The translations under genes were made by a program, and so were the position numbers. 64,000 bases of DNA from Antedon mediterranea (lineage: Eukaryota > Animalia > Echinodermata), in NCBI RefSeq assembly GCF_964355755.1, contig NC_092673.1, positions 11,070,948-11,134,947 of the forward strand. The letters are read 5' to 3'. Every line of letters starts with the position of its first letter. Position 1 is the first letter of the stretch. This document shows, piece after piece, positions 1 through 12,799 of the stretch. The notes beneath the pieces were generated by a model. It was not told where the DNA came from and ran no database searches. It saw only the letters and a program-made list of their open reading frames with translations.

Positions 1-623
1 TTGATATGTTATCTAAAGGACCATGCTATGTATACCATTGGGCTATGTTTACCAATTTTAATACTGGAGTTATTGTTTCCAAATTCTATTTATTGACGTA
101 TGCAAACAAGGAGTGCGAGAAACATGTGGTTAATTCTCACTTGCATGGAGTCCATTACAGTACACTCTGGAAGTTGAGCGGAAGTCGAGCGTTACGTTTT
201 GTCAACAATTCGCAGTGCGAAACATCATTGAGACTGATAGAAAAATGCTTTCTTCCCCAAACAATCAACATTTTCTACTTTTAATGACAGAAAACGGGAC
301 AATCCAAATTAAATCAGGAATGGTTGACAGGTATGGTACTGTAACTAATTATATGCCAAACTCTCTAGGCTTAGCCTAGACCTAACTTAAAAAGGTTGGG
401 GCCAGGCCTACACTAATGCAGTAGACATTCAAATCGAATCACCCAATTTTGCAACTTTATTTCATCTTTATCCCTTGTAGTACTACCCCATAGTCTCTCT
501 GAAAATAAAGTTTGGGGAAAAAAGCTTATTTTATGCTTATGAAATGCATATCAAAGCCGATAAATTTAAGTGGGCCAAATAGATCCGGGCTGAATCGTCC
601 CAGGGCCGAATCGTCCCGCTACC
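1..623. mobile_element. Right end of a probable MULE-like DNA transposon
   Basis: Tandem GGGC(C/T)GAATCGTCC subterminal repeats at ~571-617 ending ...GCTACC; the other end is outside the window. Confidence 0.35.
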
Positions 624-1278
624 GATGCGATACTAGCAAAAATATTCCCTGGTTGAGTCAGCATGGACGTCAATATTATAGGTACCCAAATATTTTAACC
701 AAAACTTTTATATATCCGGTGAATTTTCTTCTATAAATTCTAAAGATTGTGTGTACTGAATGTCAACGCAGTAAATGAAAAATTGACAAAAGCCAAATAC
801 GAAATTGTGTTTTTTAGGCTTCATTGAGCAGGACTAGAAACCACCTCATTAACGAAAGATGATCTTCATAACGCAGCAACCACGTTGTAACGTGGTACAC
901 ATGGAAAAATAATTTTGCCACGCTCCCTAAAAAAATCAATGACATTATGTACTTCCTGTTAAAATAGTAATTTTCATAACTTTTGTTTGTCGTTCAACAT
1001 CATGATGAGCCTCGAGCATCCTCTTATTATTGTTTCAGCATTGACAATGTTAAAAAAACACTCCTATTCAACCTAATTCACCTAAATGTGTTTTAATTGT
1101 CAAAAACTAATTATCTAAATATACTTAATTAGTCAACAGGGTTACATTGGGTGGTTAAAATCAGTACCGAAAGTATGTAGCAACATTAAATACCATTACA
1201 TAAATTTTTATATAGAAGAGAGAAGAAAAGTAGAAAAAAATTATGGCAAATTTAAGAACGAATGGTACAGATGCTTAC

Positions 1279-1359
1279 CAGTGATATACCTAGACTCCAC
1301 ACATCTGCTCTTACGTCATAGTCCGGATTTGTTGGGTCAGGGGGGTCAATTCTCTCAGG
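1279..1359 (-). CDS. MAP2K7: MAP2K7 exon, 81 bp, PERIDPPDPTNPDYDVRADVWSLGISL
   Basis: tttcag acceptor (1361-1360), gtaagc donor (1278-1277), phase 0/0; kinase subdomains VIII-IX. Confidence 0.97.
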
Positions 1360-2791
1360 CTGAAAATGTAAGCACACAAAATCAAACTTAACTAGAATTT
1401 AATTCGTCACTTTGACGAATTATAGGTGATCATTTTTATAAATTTATTGACATTAATATTTTTTAAACATGCACGTACGTTAACATACGATGTACGCCAT
1501 CCTATGACATGATGCATATACACTTATAGTGCTGGGTTGTACCTATTATGTGTCATATACAATATGTACAGTATATACTGTATATCATATACAGTGTAGC
1601 ATAGGTGAAATTACGGGACCCACATCATGTTCTAATTTTTTGGTATGATGGAATTATCAAAATAAACTCGAAGATGACAATTTCGAAAGATTAGTGGATT
1701 GAGCAAATAAATATAAGGATTGGAAGAGAATTTGACACGTAGAAGCGCAATGCGCGCTGTTTGAAATATGTATAACTTTGACTAAAGAAATTTAAAAACT
1801 ACTTTTTAACTTCAACTGGCCATATGATAACATCACATTATCCGATAGGCTTAATTTTTATATGAATTCATATCTACATTTCATCAGCTTTCATAATAAG
1901 TTATAATCTTCAAGGTCACCTTAAATTCTGAAGAGCTGTAATGGTGTAGCTGAAATTACACGACCTAGGTTATTCAAGTTTTTACGCGTGATGATGTCAA
2001 AAATGAAAATGTTGACAACTCATGAGAAAGATAATTAATTGAGCAAGCACATACTAAAATTTATGCGAAAATCGGGTTCAAATAATGGAGATGCACTCTA
2101 TTGAATGTGATAACCCACACAAAAAGATAAAAATTACTAATTTTTAAATGCAAGTGGCCATTTGATGACGTGTGCATATACGTTTATATCTACAACTTAT
2201 TGGCTTCCATATTAAGTTAAAAAAATTGGGGGTCATCTTCCATTCTGAAGAGTTATATTCATTTTAAAAAGGCCCTACTTTTTACCATTTTTAGCACTTT
2301 TGTACAATTAATGTGCGCATTTTTAACGTGCTTGTATAGCGTTATTTTAAGTCGGAATGGACTCAAAGTCGGAGAATGTACTAAGGATTGTGAGTAGAAT
2401 GTGATGTATACATCAAATTTTATTTGTTACGCTTTTTTAAAAAATCGCGTGCGCAAAAACATGTTTTTGCGCAGTAATTTTTTGAAACACGCAAATGGCC
2501 TATTTAATGTTCTAAATTGATCAAAACTTAATTTTGAGCTTTTTAAAATTTTAACGCGCATGACCTTGAAACGTGTGATTTATTTGCTAATATTTTTTAC
2601 CTTGACCTGAAGTTTTTTCATTTCATTAATATGTGATAATGAATTATGGAGATATGATTGATAATGTGATTTCACAAAATGGCGTATACGTGACGTCACG
2701 GATGAGTGATCACGCTGAAAAGCTTGTTAGGACTAAGTTACAGTATTGAGATAATTGTTACACAAAAAGTGTACAGAAAGAAGAAGAAGAA

Positions 2792-5700
2792 CTAGACATG
2801 AAACTCGTCACTTTGACGAGTTAGTTATCCGCACGACAGATGCCACGTGCACGTCATACGTTAAAAACTATAATAAGAGGTGGTCCTGTATTTTCGCCTT
2901 GTATTATAATTATACAGTACACTGTGTATAAAAGGAGACATTAATTCTACATGATACAGAGGGCGGCAAACAACAATTTGCTCACATCAGAGACTATGCT
3001 GGTGTACATTGTACTACTGTATATTATATGACATATTAACTGAATTATGGGACCTGCCTTTAATTCAAATATTTAACATGATGACGTCATAAAAAAAACA
3101 ACACAACGATAGCAATTTCTGAAGAAAATTATCTTAGAAACAACATATTAACGTGTAGAAGAAATTTGAATACGTAAAATGTTGGTGCGCGCACATTTAA
3201 ATGTGATGAACTATTACGCAAAATATGAAAATATGACTTTTTTTATTCAACTGGCAATATGATGACGTCACAACATCCGATTGGCAAAATGTTTACATGA
3301 ATTCGTATCTACAATCCTATAGCTTCCAGAAAACGTTTTAATCGTGATTATCACATTTTATTCTTACAAGCCAATACAGATTAAAATTTACTGTAAAGAT
3401 GAAATTAATGACCCAAGTAATTAAAATTTTTAGGCATGATGACGTTATAAAAATTTAAATATTTTTATCTCATGCTAAAGAAAGTTGATTGACCTAGACA
3501 ATATATAAATATAGGAGAAAAAGGAATACAGATAAGCGTGATGCGCTCCATTGAATGTGATGAGCAATAACGAAACAGACAAAAATCCTATATTTTACAT
3601 TCGTGTGGCCATACGATTACGTCACAATGTTTTTTTAGCCTTATCGATGCATGATCCGATATCTGCAACTCATCAACTTCTAGATTTTGTAATAAAAATA
3701 AACGGTTCACGGTTTACTTTAGAAACTATGACTGTTTAAAAAAAGACATTATTTTGATGATTTTTTAAGCTTTTTCATAAAAAACGTGCACAAATTGTCT
3801 AATTCAACGTGTTCGTATGGCGTTATTTAAACTGGAAAAGGTCTAAATTGTTTTCAAAATTACTAGGAAAGGCTTGAAAAATATAATTCAAGAGAAAAAA
3901 ATATGTTTTTATCGCTACGTGCGCACCGCGTGCGTAAAAAATTGCGCGCCCGTGGGAATTTTTGACATGCTCAAAATGACATGAAACGCGTAAAAAGTTG
4001 ATTAGAAATAAATTTTGCGCATTTTGAAATTTTAAATGCGCGTGGGCGCGTAACTTCTTGTGAAACATGCCATTTTTAATCCGTAGAAAGTTTGCCCCTG
4101 ATATGACTTAAATTTTGGCAAAGTGTCAATACTAAATGACTTTTGGTTTTTAATCTATGATCAATCATTCAAAAATAGGAGGTGCACAACTTCACGTAAA
4201 TGCCCATATGTTGTCAAAGTTATGAAATGTTATGTTTACACATTTTAGAGAAACGCGACTCACAAAAAGGAAGGAAGGAAAGAAGAACTAGACATGAAAC
4301 TCGTCACTTTGACGAGTTAGTTATCCGCTCGACAAACGCCACGTGCACGTACGTTAGAATATTGCACACAGAAAAATATTAAGGCATTATGACCTGAACT
4401 GAAGAATATGATATGTTGTTATTTCTGAATTCTGTTATTTTGTGTTATATAGTATACACAGTACAATCTGTATACATATGACAAACAGTGTAAAATAGGT
4501 GAAATTACGGGACCGGTATTTTATTGTAATTTCTAACATCTTGACGGTTTCAAAATGAAATGCAAAAGTAGAAATTTCTGAATGAAATTATCTCAGCAAC
4601 AACATATTAACGTGTAGAAGAAATTTGAATACGTGAAATATTGATGCGCGCTCTTTTAAATGTAATGAAATATAACGCAAAAGATGAAAATACGACTTTT
4701 TTTATTTAACTGGCCATATGATGACGTCACAACATTCGATTGGCACAATTTTCACATGATTTTGTATCTACAATACAATAGCTTCCTGAAAACGTTTTAA
4801 TCCTGATTATCACATTTTATTCTTACGAGCTATAACAGATTAAAATTTAAAAGATGAAATTAATGACAAACGTAATTTAAATTTTTAGGCATGATGACAA
4901 TAAAAAAATTAAAAAATGTTTAATTCATGCAAAAGATAGTTGATTGACCTAGAATATATTAAAATCGGGGTGAAAATCGACTACGAATAAGTGGAGATGC
5001 GCTCTATTAAATGTGATGAGCTATGACGAAAGAGACAAAAATCCTATATTTTATATTCGCGTGGCCATACGATGACGTCACAATGTCCGGTTAGCCATAT
5101 TAATGCATGATTCGATATCTACAACTCATCAACTTCCAGAATATGTAATTAAAAAAAAGTTCTCCATGTAGTTTAGAATCTATGACTGTTTAAAAATAGG
5201 CATAATTTTGACGAATTTTTGAACTTTTTCACCAGAAACGCGTGCAAATTATTTAATTCGACGTGCTCGTATGACGTAATTTTAAGTCGAAATTGTTTAA
5301 AGGTTGGTAACATTACTATAAAAGGCTGAAAAAACATGAATCACGCGAAAAAAATATGTTTTTAACTCTAAGTGTGCACCGCGTGCGTAAAAAGTTTCGC
5401 GCGCGTGGGAATTTTTGACATGCTCAAAATGACATGAAACGCATAGAAAGTTGATTAGAAGTTGATTTTTCGCACTCTAAAATTTTAAACGCGCGTGCGC
5501 GCGTAACTTTTTGTGAAACATGCTATTTTTAATCCATAGGAAGTTTGCGCTTGATGTGACTTAAATTTTCACAAAGTGTCAAAACAAAATTATGTTTCGT
5601 TTTTAGTCTATGATCAATCATTGAAATTCATAAAATCGCGCGTAAGTCACGTTGCGCAACTCTGACGTCATTCAAAAATAGGAGGTGCGCAAGTTCACGT

Positions 5701-5942
5701 AAATGTCGATATGTTGACAAAGTTACGATATGTTCTGTTTACACGTTTTAGAGAAACGCGACGCACAAAAATGACAGAAGGAAAGAAGTATAATACAGAA
5801 AAAAAAAAAAAAAAAGATGATGAAACAGGACGATTACAAGGAGTTATCCGCTACTAAGCGGATAACTAATAATACAGAAAAAAAATGTTGATCTCATACA
5901 ATAACAAGGAGTTATCCGCTTGGTAACCAAGCGGATAACTAA
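2792..5942 (-). mobile_element. HINE subfamily beta nested in the alpha copy
   Basis: 3' GCGGATAACTAA-CTCGTCAAAGTGACGAG-TTTCATGTCTAG at 2792; 5' AGTTATCCGC/GCGGATAACT hairpin at 5910-5942. Confidence 0.8.
4288..5869 (-). mobile_element. HINE subfamily beta, full length (~1.58 kb), innermost of the stack
   Basis: CTAG + stem-loop at 4288; 5' hairpin at 5842-5869. Confidence 0.82.
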
Positions 5943-6000
5943 TAATAAAGATTTAACACAATAACAATAGGTGATCATTTTATTCTAAATGATCACCTAA

Positions 6001-7033
6001 CTAGATTTGAACTTATCATTTAGGACTAGTTATGTATCCGCACAAATACTAAACACATGTTTAAAGTATTAAAACAAATATAATTGAAGGTATGAAGAAC
6101 AGCATGCTTACATGTGGTGATTTTCCAGCCTTTCCTAGTCATTTTTAAAAGGATTGACATCATTTCAAATTAAAATGACATCATACGAATACATTGGTTT
6201 AGACCATTTGTGCGTGTTTTAGTTGAAAAAGTTACAAAATATTGTCAAAATTTGGAATCTATTATAGCTCCTTAGGATCAACAGTGACCCCCAATTTTTT
6301 TAACTTAATATGTAAGCAAATTATATTGTAGATATGAAATCAGAATTTTTACCTTGGATGTTGTGATGTCATCGTATGGCCACACGAATGTAAAATATAG
6401 GATTTCTGTCTCTTTCGTTATTACTTATTACATTCAATAGAGATTTTACTATTGTCTAGGTCAATCAATTATCTTTCGCATGAATTAAAAATATTTAAAT
6501 AATGTGGGTCACTTATTTTCACCTTTACAATAAATTTCAATCTGTTATATAGCTTTTCAGAATAAAAAGTGATAATCATTATTAAAACATTTTCTAGAAG
6601 CTATTGTATTGTAGGTAAGATTTCATGTGAACATTTTGAAAATCAGATGTTGTGACGTCATCATATGGCCAGTTGAATAAAAAAAGTCGTATTTTCATCT
6701 TTTGCGTCATAGTTCATCACATTTAAAAGAGGGCGCATCTATATTTTATGTATTCAAATTTCTTCTGCACGTTAACATGCTGTTGCTGAGATAATTTCCT
6801 TCCGAAATTGCTATCTTTGTGTTTCATTTTGATACCGTCGCCATGTTAAAATGGCAGGTCCGGTAATTTCACCTATTCTACACTGTATGTGATATATATA
6901 CAGATTATACTGTGTATAATATGACACAAAAGAACAGAATTAGGTCATAATGCCATAATTTTTCTGTGTGCAATATTCCAACGCATGGAGTGCACGTGGC
7001 GTTTGTCGTGCGGATAACTAATAACATGTCTAG
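6001..7033. mobile_element. Rearranged HINE with a 3'-type (CTAG) terminus at both ends
   Basis: Degenerate minus-strand 3' end at 6001; plus-strand body ending GCGGATAACTAA..CATGTCTAG at 7033. Confidence 0.65.
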
Positions 7034-7175
7034 TTAAGTTTTATTATTTTATTCATTTTATTCTACAGTAGTCTTTTGTTGAGGAAAATGACATTATTCA
7101 TTTTTTTTAAACAATAATTATTGTTTGTGGTTAAACATGAAATATATGACATGAATATAGCAAATGTAATCTTAC

Positions 7176-7303
7176 AGCCATATATGCTGCACAGCCAGCA
7201 CTGCGAGTCCTAGCCTTTGAATCGACAAGTCGTCCACTAATTCCGAAGTCACACAGTTTTACTGTTCCTTTCTCATCTAAAAGAATATTTGAAGGCTTAA
7301 CAT
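7176..7303 (-). CDS. MAP2K7: MAP2K7 exon, 128 bp, (D)VKPSNILLDEKGTVKLCDFGISGRLVDSKARTRSAGCAAYMA
   Basis: ttttag acceptor, gtaag donor, phase 1/0; catalytic loop, DFG and S-x-x-x-T activation loop. Confidence 0.98.
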
Positions 7304-7667
7304 CTAAAAGAAAATAAAATGAGTTTATTGGAAAAACTATATTCAGATGCAGAATCTAAAGTTTAAATTTCATTGAAAACAATGTAAATTTTAAATGTCC
7401 TAATATCAAATTTGTTGAATGATGAATAAAATATTATGATTGATAATCTTTTTAAAATTACCACTAAAAAGAGACGATGAGAATAATAAATAAAAATCAT
7501 TAATGCATACCCCTGAACAAATTTCCAAAAGAAAATAGAGCACTCAAATTTAAGCCAAACAACAGAAGGCTTTAAAATTGGCCAACATCTGCACTATAAG
7601 CCCTCTCGTGCTGAGATTGGACTAAAAATCTGAATTCAAACAAATTCAAAATTTAATGCAAACCTAC

Positions 7668-7719
7668 CTCTATGCATGACTCCATGTGATTCCTTCAGAT
7701 AGTCAAGGGCTCTAACAAT
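7668..7719 (-). CDS. MAP2K7: MAP2K7 exon, 52 bp, IVRALDYLKESHGVMHR(D)
   Basis: ctcaag acceptor, gtaggt donor, phase 0/1; completes HRD with the next exon. Confidence 0.96.
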
Positions 7720-8484
7720 CTTGAGAAAGAGAAAGTTATTTGTAAAATTCACACGAACAGCTATTCTATAGCCAAAATAAAAAATTTACTAAAAATATAA
7801 TGTTAAAAACATTTTTAGTCATTTTATCAAACGCAATTGCACTCTTTAATTAATTACCAGTAATTTTTTAGCTCCGTAAGGCACGGTGACAACAAAAAAG
7901 AATAATCCTGTATTGTTTCTAATAATGCACAAAAAAGGAATACCAAGTGGGCAAGACAGGGGTTATGAAAACAACCAATACGCTACCAAGAGTAGGCCTA
8001 CTGTACAAGTCGAGCATGTAAAACATGCCTCGTTAATTAGCTTGAGCGGAAGTAAGTGATAGTTACTTTGACAATAAATCCCGAAAAATGGAGTACAATT
8101 AAACCAAATGATAAACTACACAAACCAGAAATGCTTTTGGTAGTCTATATGAGTGCAGCTTCCCTAGATAAACCAAAAATAGCCTTATTCTCCTCGAAGA
8201 GCGAGACATAATTATAATACTTGAAAAGCCATTGAACACATGATAAAGTCCACAAACCACGCCTTCTAGTTGGGAGCATCCCCACAAACCACCATCATCA
8301 TTTCTCAAGGTTTCTATTCCGAGTGGATGGCGGGAGGGTGTTTACTGTAAGCGGCACACAGAGACCAACACCATTTTTGGTTTGTGTATAGTCTATTTTG
8401 TGCCTAGCTTACCTGAAACCAGTATAGCAAATAATTTGCAGTTGGCTGGTTTCTCGTAGAATAACTGCTTTACAAGTCCATTTT

Positions 8485-8930
8485 TTTTTTTTCCAATTCA
8501 AAGAACATTTATTAATGTCCAAAAGACAAAAAGTAACAAAAACAATAATTTTATTATTTTAATGGCAAGAGATAATTTGGATGGACGAAGGCAGATCCCA
8601 GAAAGATGAGAATCTTGTGACGGGATTGCTTTTACAAATTAATTAAAAATAGATAATTTTAGAAAAAATAAATAAAAAATAAATAAATTAAAAATATTAA
8701 AGAAATAAAATAAAATGAATAAAATACCAGTAGATACAAGTTTGAAAACAATAAAGTAAAATGATAAGCAGAAAAAAGGTACAGCTGCAGGGCATAGTAA
8801 TGACTAAGTTAAATAAGTTGAATAAATTAAATCTAGCAAGTCACGGAACATGAAACAACAACCATATCAAACAGATCGATTTGGTAACGAGACAAAAGGT
8901 GATTTTTAATTTAGTAAATTTATAAGGCAA
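8485..8930 (-). mobile_element. Probable 3' UTR/tail fragment of a CR1/L2-group LINE
   Basis: Minus-strand AATAAA followed by an A-rich tail, a short stem-loop and a T-rich UTR; no clear ORF. Confidence 0.4.
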
Positions 8931-9309
8931 GTATTCAATGCAAAATATGTTATGTAGAAATATAACAAAGAATTCTCTTCTGATGTCCAGAGGCGCAGAG
9001 TGTCTTGGAGCAGTGCCTTGGTTGGACCATCTGGCTCAACCTATTTTGGATGCATCAGTCTCTATTCGGCCATCCATTATTGATTTTCGAATCAAAGCTT
9101 CTACTTGCCACCATTCAAGACATATTTGGTAAAGGCATTCGTAGGGATAGCGAGTCCAAGTGCGGTCAGTAATAGGTCAACAGATGTACTGGTCTAATAC
9201 ACAGCCGGCAATACAGAAAACTAAGTGGTAAGTCGTTGGAGCATGAGCAGCAATAGGATTGCGCCGTTGAGATAGGCATGCATGCCATGCCTGTGAAAAG
9301 ATTCATATT

Positions 9310-9800
9310 AGAGAGGTTTCGCAACGCTACGATAACGAAAACGGATACGTCACGCACACATTCGTTTTCGTGAGCCAGTAAACTCTGTTTTGCATGGCAA
9401 CAAAATATTGAGGGCGCCGTCAAAATTATGACTGCGGTAAATTTGAGCGAACAAAGCGTAGGTACGTGTTGCTTGAATGTCTAGGCCTAGCGTAACATAA
9501 AAGCGAGTGAGGTTCTATTTATCAAAATTTACCTGGCATTTTAGTAAATATCTTTTAGTAAATTACTTTCAATAAATCTATAATTATATTATAATGATGA
9601 ATCATTCCTGATTCAAATGCAAAATGTGCAAAATAGATCAAAAACTATACTCGTTTTGTAGTCACGAATATGACTGGTGATATTCGTCAACACGAATACG
9701 CTTTACAAATATAGAATATAGAAATGTAAACTCAAAAGTTTCACAAATGTGTGACGTATCTGTTTTTGTTATCGTATTCGTAAGGTTGCGAAACCTCCCT
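9310..9800. mobile_element. ~490 bp MITE (Harbinger-like termini)
   Basis: Imperfect TIRs AGAGAGGTTTCGCAAC...GATACGTCAC and GTGACGTATC...GTTGCGAAACCTCCCT. Confidence 0.65.
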
Positions 9801-11601
9801 ACTGTGTATCCAGTCTGGTGTCTGAGAAACCAATATAAGACTGAGGGTGCTTCAATTCTTCCTTGCACTTTATCGCTGAATATTTGTGCGAGGCATCATT
9901 TTATCATTTCCAAAAGTGCAAGGCATATAGTTTACAATTTCAAACTAGATTTGAACTCGTCACTTTGACGAGTTAGTTATCCGCACGACAAACGCCACGC
10001 GCACGTCATACGTTGGAATTTTGCACACAGAAAAAGATTATGGCATTATGACCTGAACTGAAGAATATCATATGCTGTTAGTAGGTATCCCAATGAAAGC
10101 GTACAGAGGGGTATCACTTTTGAAATATTAAAAAAATTTGAATAAGTAGTATGACTTTGATGGTAAATAAATCGTGTTCACTCTTAATTATCAGGGGGAT
10201 TACCACCTATCTGATAGGACAGTGATTAATTCACTATTGGTAATCCTTGGCCACATTGCTTAAAGACATAAAATAAATAAAATAAAATTAATACTTAACA
10301 AATTTATATTGTTTGAAAGTACTTGTTTTAATCTATGTATAAGTGTGTTTACAATTAAAATTAATGAAGTAGTTGCCGAGAAAATGCGATTTTTAAACGG
10401 TTCTAAAATCCTGTCGAGCCGATTTCCGCGCGTTGAAAACCTCATCGGAAAATCCCCATCAGTTTTCAAAACACGATCGCACGATTACCATTGAAGCTAG
10501 CGGATTAAGTTTTGTTGTATGTTATCAGGCTTTAAATGAGCTTTAAAATGATGTGAAAATCGTCTTCTATAAATAGGTTTTTCGTAACGAAAGATCGATT
10601 TTGGTGACAAAAAAACAATTTTGAATCACCGTTTATGGAAAATTTTTATGGATTTTGGTATTAAATTATAGCTAAATCTACATTGAAAACGATAAAACAT
10701 AGATTACAAACGTATTGTGCATGGTAATTGTGCGAACTACATTTTAAAATGGTACATGAGGCGTAAATCCCGTTCAGAATTACGAAGATTGAACCATTAT
10801 AATCCGGTGAATATTGTAGTGAGTAAAATATTGTACTGTAAAGTACGGGCTAGTTTGTTGTGACGTTTTCCGTTTAATACATCAATGCACCCTATCAGTG
10901 AATGGTACGTTCCATATTTTGAACACGTTGTTTAGTTTTAGTTTTCCTCGCTTGACCTCGGCCAGCTCGACGCGAGATGTGTGACAGCAGCGATGTTGGA
11001 GATTGACATGTCCTATTCCGTCGTAGAATATCTGGTTTTACACATTAATTTAACAACTTAAAATTGATGTAATGTGCGGAAGATTTATTATGCAAGTATA
11101 CAATGCAAATGCGTTAGGTTAAAATGTACCGAAGAAATTTATTAAGCTAATTTACCAACGTTACATTTGACTCTGTATACGGCGGTCGAAAGTCATTAAC
11201 TGCGACCGAAATACTTTAACGGGCGCGACTGCTGATCGCGAGTAAGCCGTGACTTGGCCTAAACTTTTGCTCCGTATTTCAATTTAATAACGTACTTACA
11301 GGTAGAAATACGAAAAGAAAACATTTTTTATAATGTTATATATACTATTCTGGTAAACAATTGTTTTAATTAACATTGATTATTTTAAATGAGTTTATTT
11401 TGACCCATTGTGTGTTTGCCTTAAAAGAGCATCTTAGCCCGGCTTAGATTTGGTGTCATAATCATACGGGAAAGATACTTTTTCATTTTTTGTTTTTTTT
11501 GATCATTTTAAATTTCACCATTAAAAAATTTTTTTTTTTCATATACACATCTAAAATATATTTATTAATGAAATATAAAATACATTCTAACAAGTACAAA
11601 A

Positions 11602-12390
11602 ACAAGGCCAACAGCCATTAAGTCGCGTGCTACAATGCATAGTGATACCGGACCGACAGACAAACAGACCGACAGACAGACGGACAGACGGACCGACCGA
11701 CATAGTGAACTATACTGACCGAAATTACTGAACATGTTTAAAAATGTTGAAATGTTTAAAAACATTTATATTTTTTTAATTTACACGTGCGTAGCCTGTC
11801 ACTTCTGACGTGCTCGTATACGTAATTTAGAGTTGAAAAGTAAGTCAAGAAAACAGAAATCGGGCAAAAAGAGTGCGCAATAACATTGCGCGCGCAAAAA
11901 TCTGCGCACTCATGGCAATTTTGTAAACACTTAAAATTGCCTGAAACGTACTCTTATTTCATCGAAAATAAATTTTGAAAATTTTAAGCGCGCGTACGCA
12001 TGCGTTACATGTGCTACGCACGTAATTGTATTGCCATATGATGATTTATGCCTGAAATTTATGAGTACCAAATTTTATTTAATTGTGATTCATGGTTGTT
12101 AAGATATGATTACAAACGTGATTTCGTTAAATCGTGCGTAGACCGCGTAATTTTTTATTGCGCACCGTGAAAACATAACCACACCGATTCCTGGCCATAA
12201 GGAATATTCTGTGAAAAATTGACTTAGCTAGATTAAACTGATATCAAGATAAGGTCATAAAGCGATAAAACGCATAGTGATACCGGACCGACAGACAGAC
12301 AGACAGACCGACAGACAGACAGACAGACCGACAGACAGAAAGACCGACCGACCGACATAGTGAACTATAGAGTCGCTTCCACGCGACTAA
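11602..12390 (-). mobile_element. DINE-1-like HINE of a second family with (GTCT/GTCG)n microsatellite
   Basis: 5' TTAGTCGCGTGGAAGCGACT hairpin, microsatellite, 3' CACGCGACTTA subTIR + GGCTGTTGGCC stem + TTGT; T-rich flanks, no TSD. Confidence 0.75.
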
Positions 12391-12799
12391 AAATTAAATG
12401 AATTAGTACAGTAGTTCAAAAGTTACAGATCATTGAAAAATTGCATTTTTTTAAATTTTTTTAGGGAATTCCAGCAAAAATGGGCGCTAAATGCTTAAAT
12501 GCAATAATTTTTAAAATAGGTTTCGTTGAGGCTCCAAAAAAAATAGAGTTGTACAACTCTGTGATATCTATAGGTTTAACAAAATTCAAAACTTTTAACT
12601 AATTATTGTAAAAGTTATAACCTTTTAAAAATGCTTCCAATTTTAACTGCAAAAAACACAATTTTTAGGCAAAAAATCGTATATTTTTTACCACTTTAAA
12701 TAACCATAACTTTAGAACGGGTAATCGGATTTCAATCATTTAAATTGCAAAATGCTAATTACACTAAGTTCTTTATGGTTAACTGAAAGAAAAAGTAAA

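Larger units (their letters stand above)
1392..6000 (-). mobile_element. Helentron-associated non-autonomous element (HINE), subfamily alpha; host of two nested copies
   Basis: In element orientation: 5' TTAGGTGATCATTT..AAATGATCACCT hairpin; 3' AAATGATCACCTA subTIR + AATTCGTCA-AAG-TGACGAATT stem-loop + CTAG; no TSD; T flank. Confidence 0.8.

Noticed and set aside
6-284. 92-aa ORF as a downstream MAP2K7 exon or separate gene
   Set aside because: Wrong strand for MAP2K7, no kinase motifs, and adjacent to a transposon end; at most a decayed transposase piece that I cannot support
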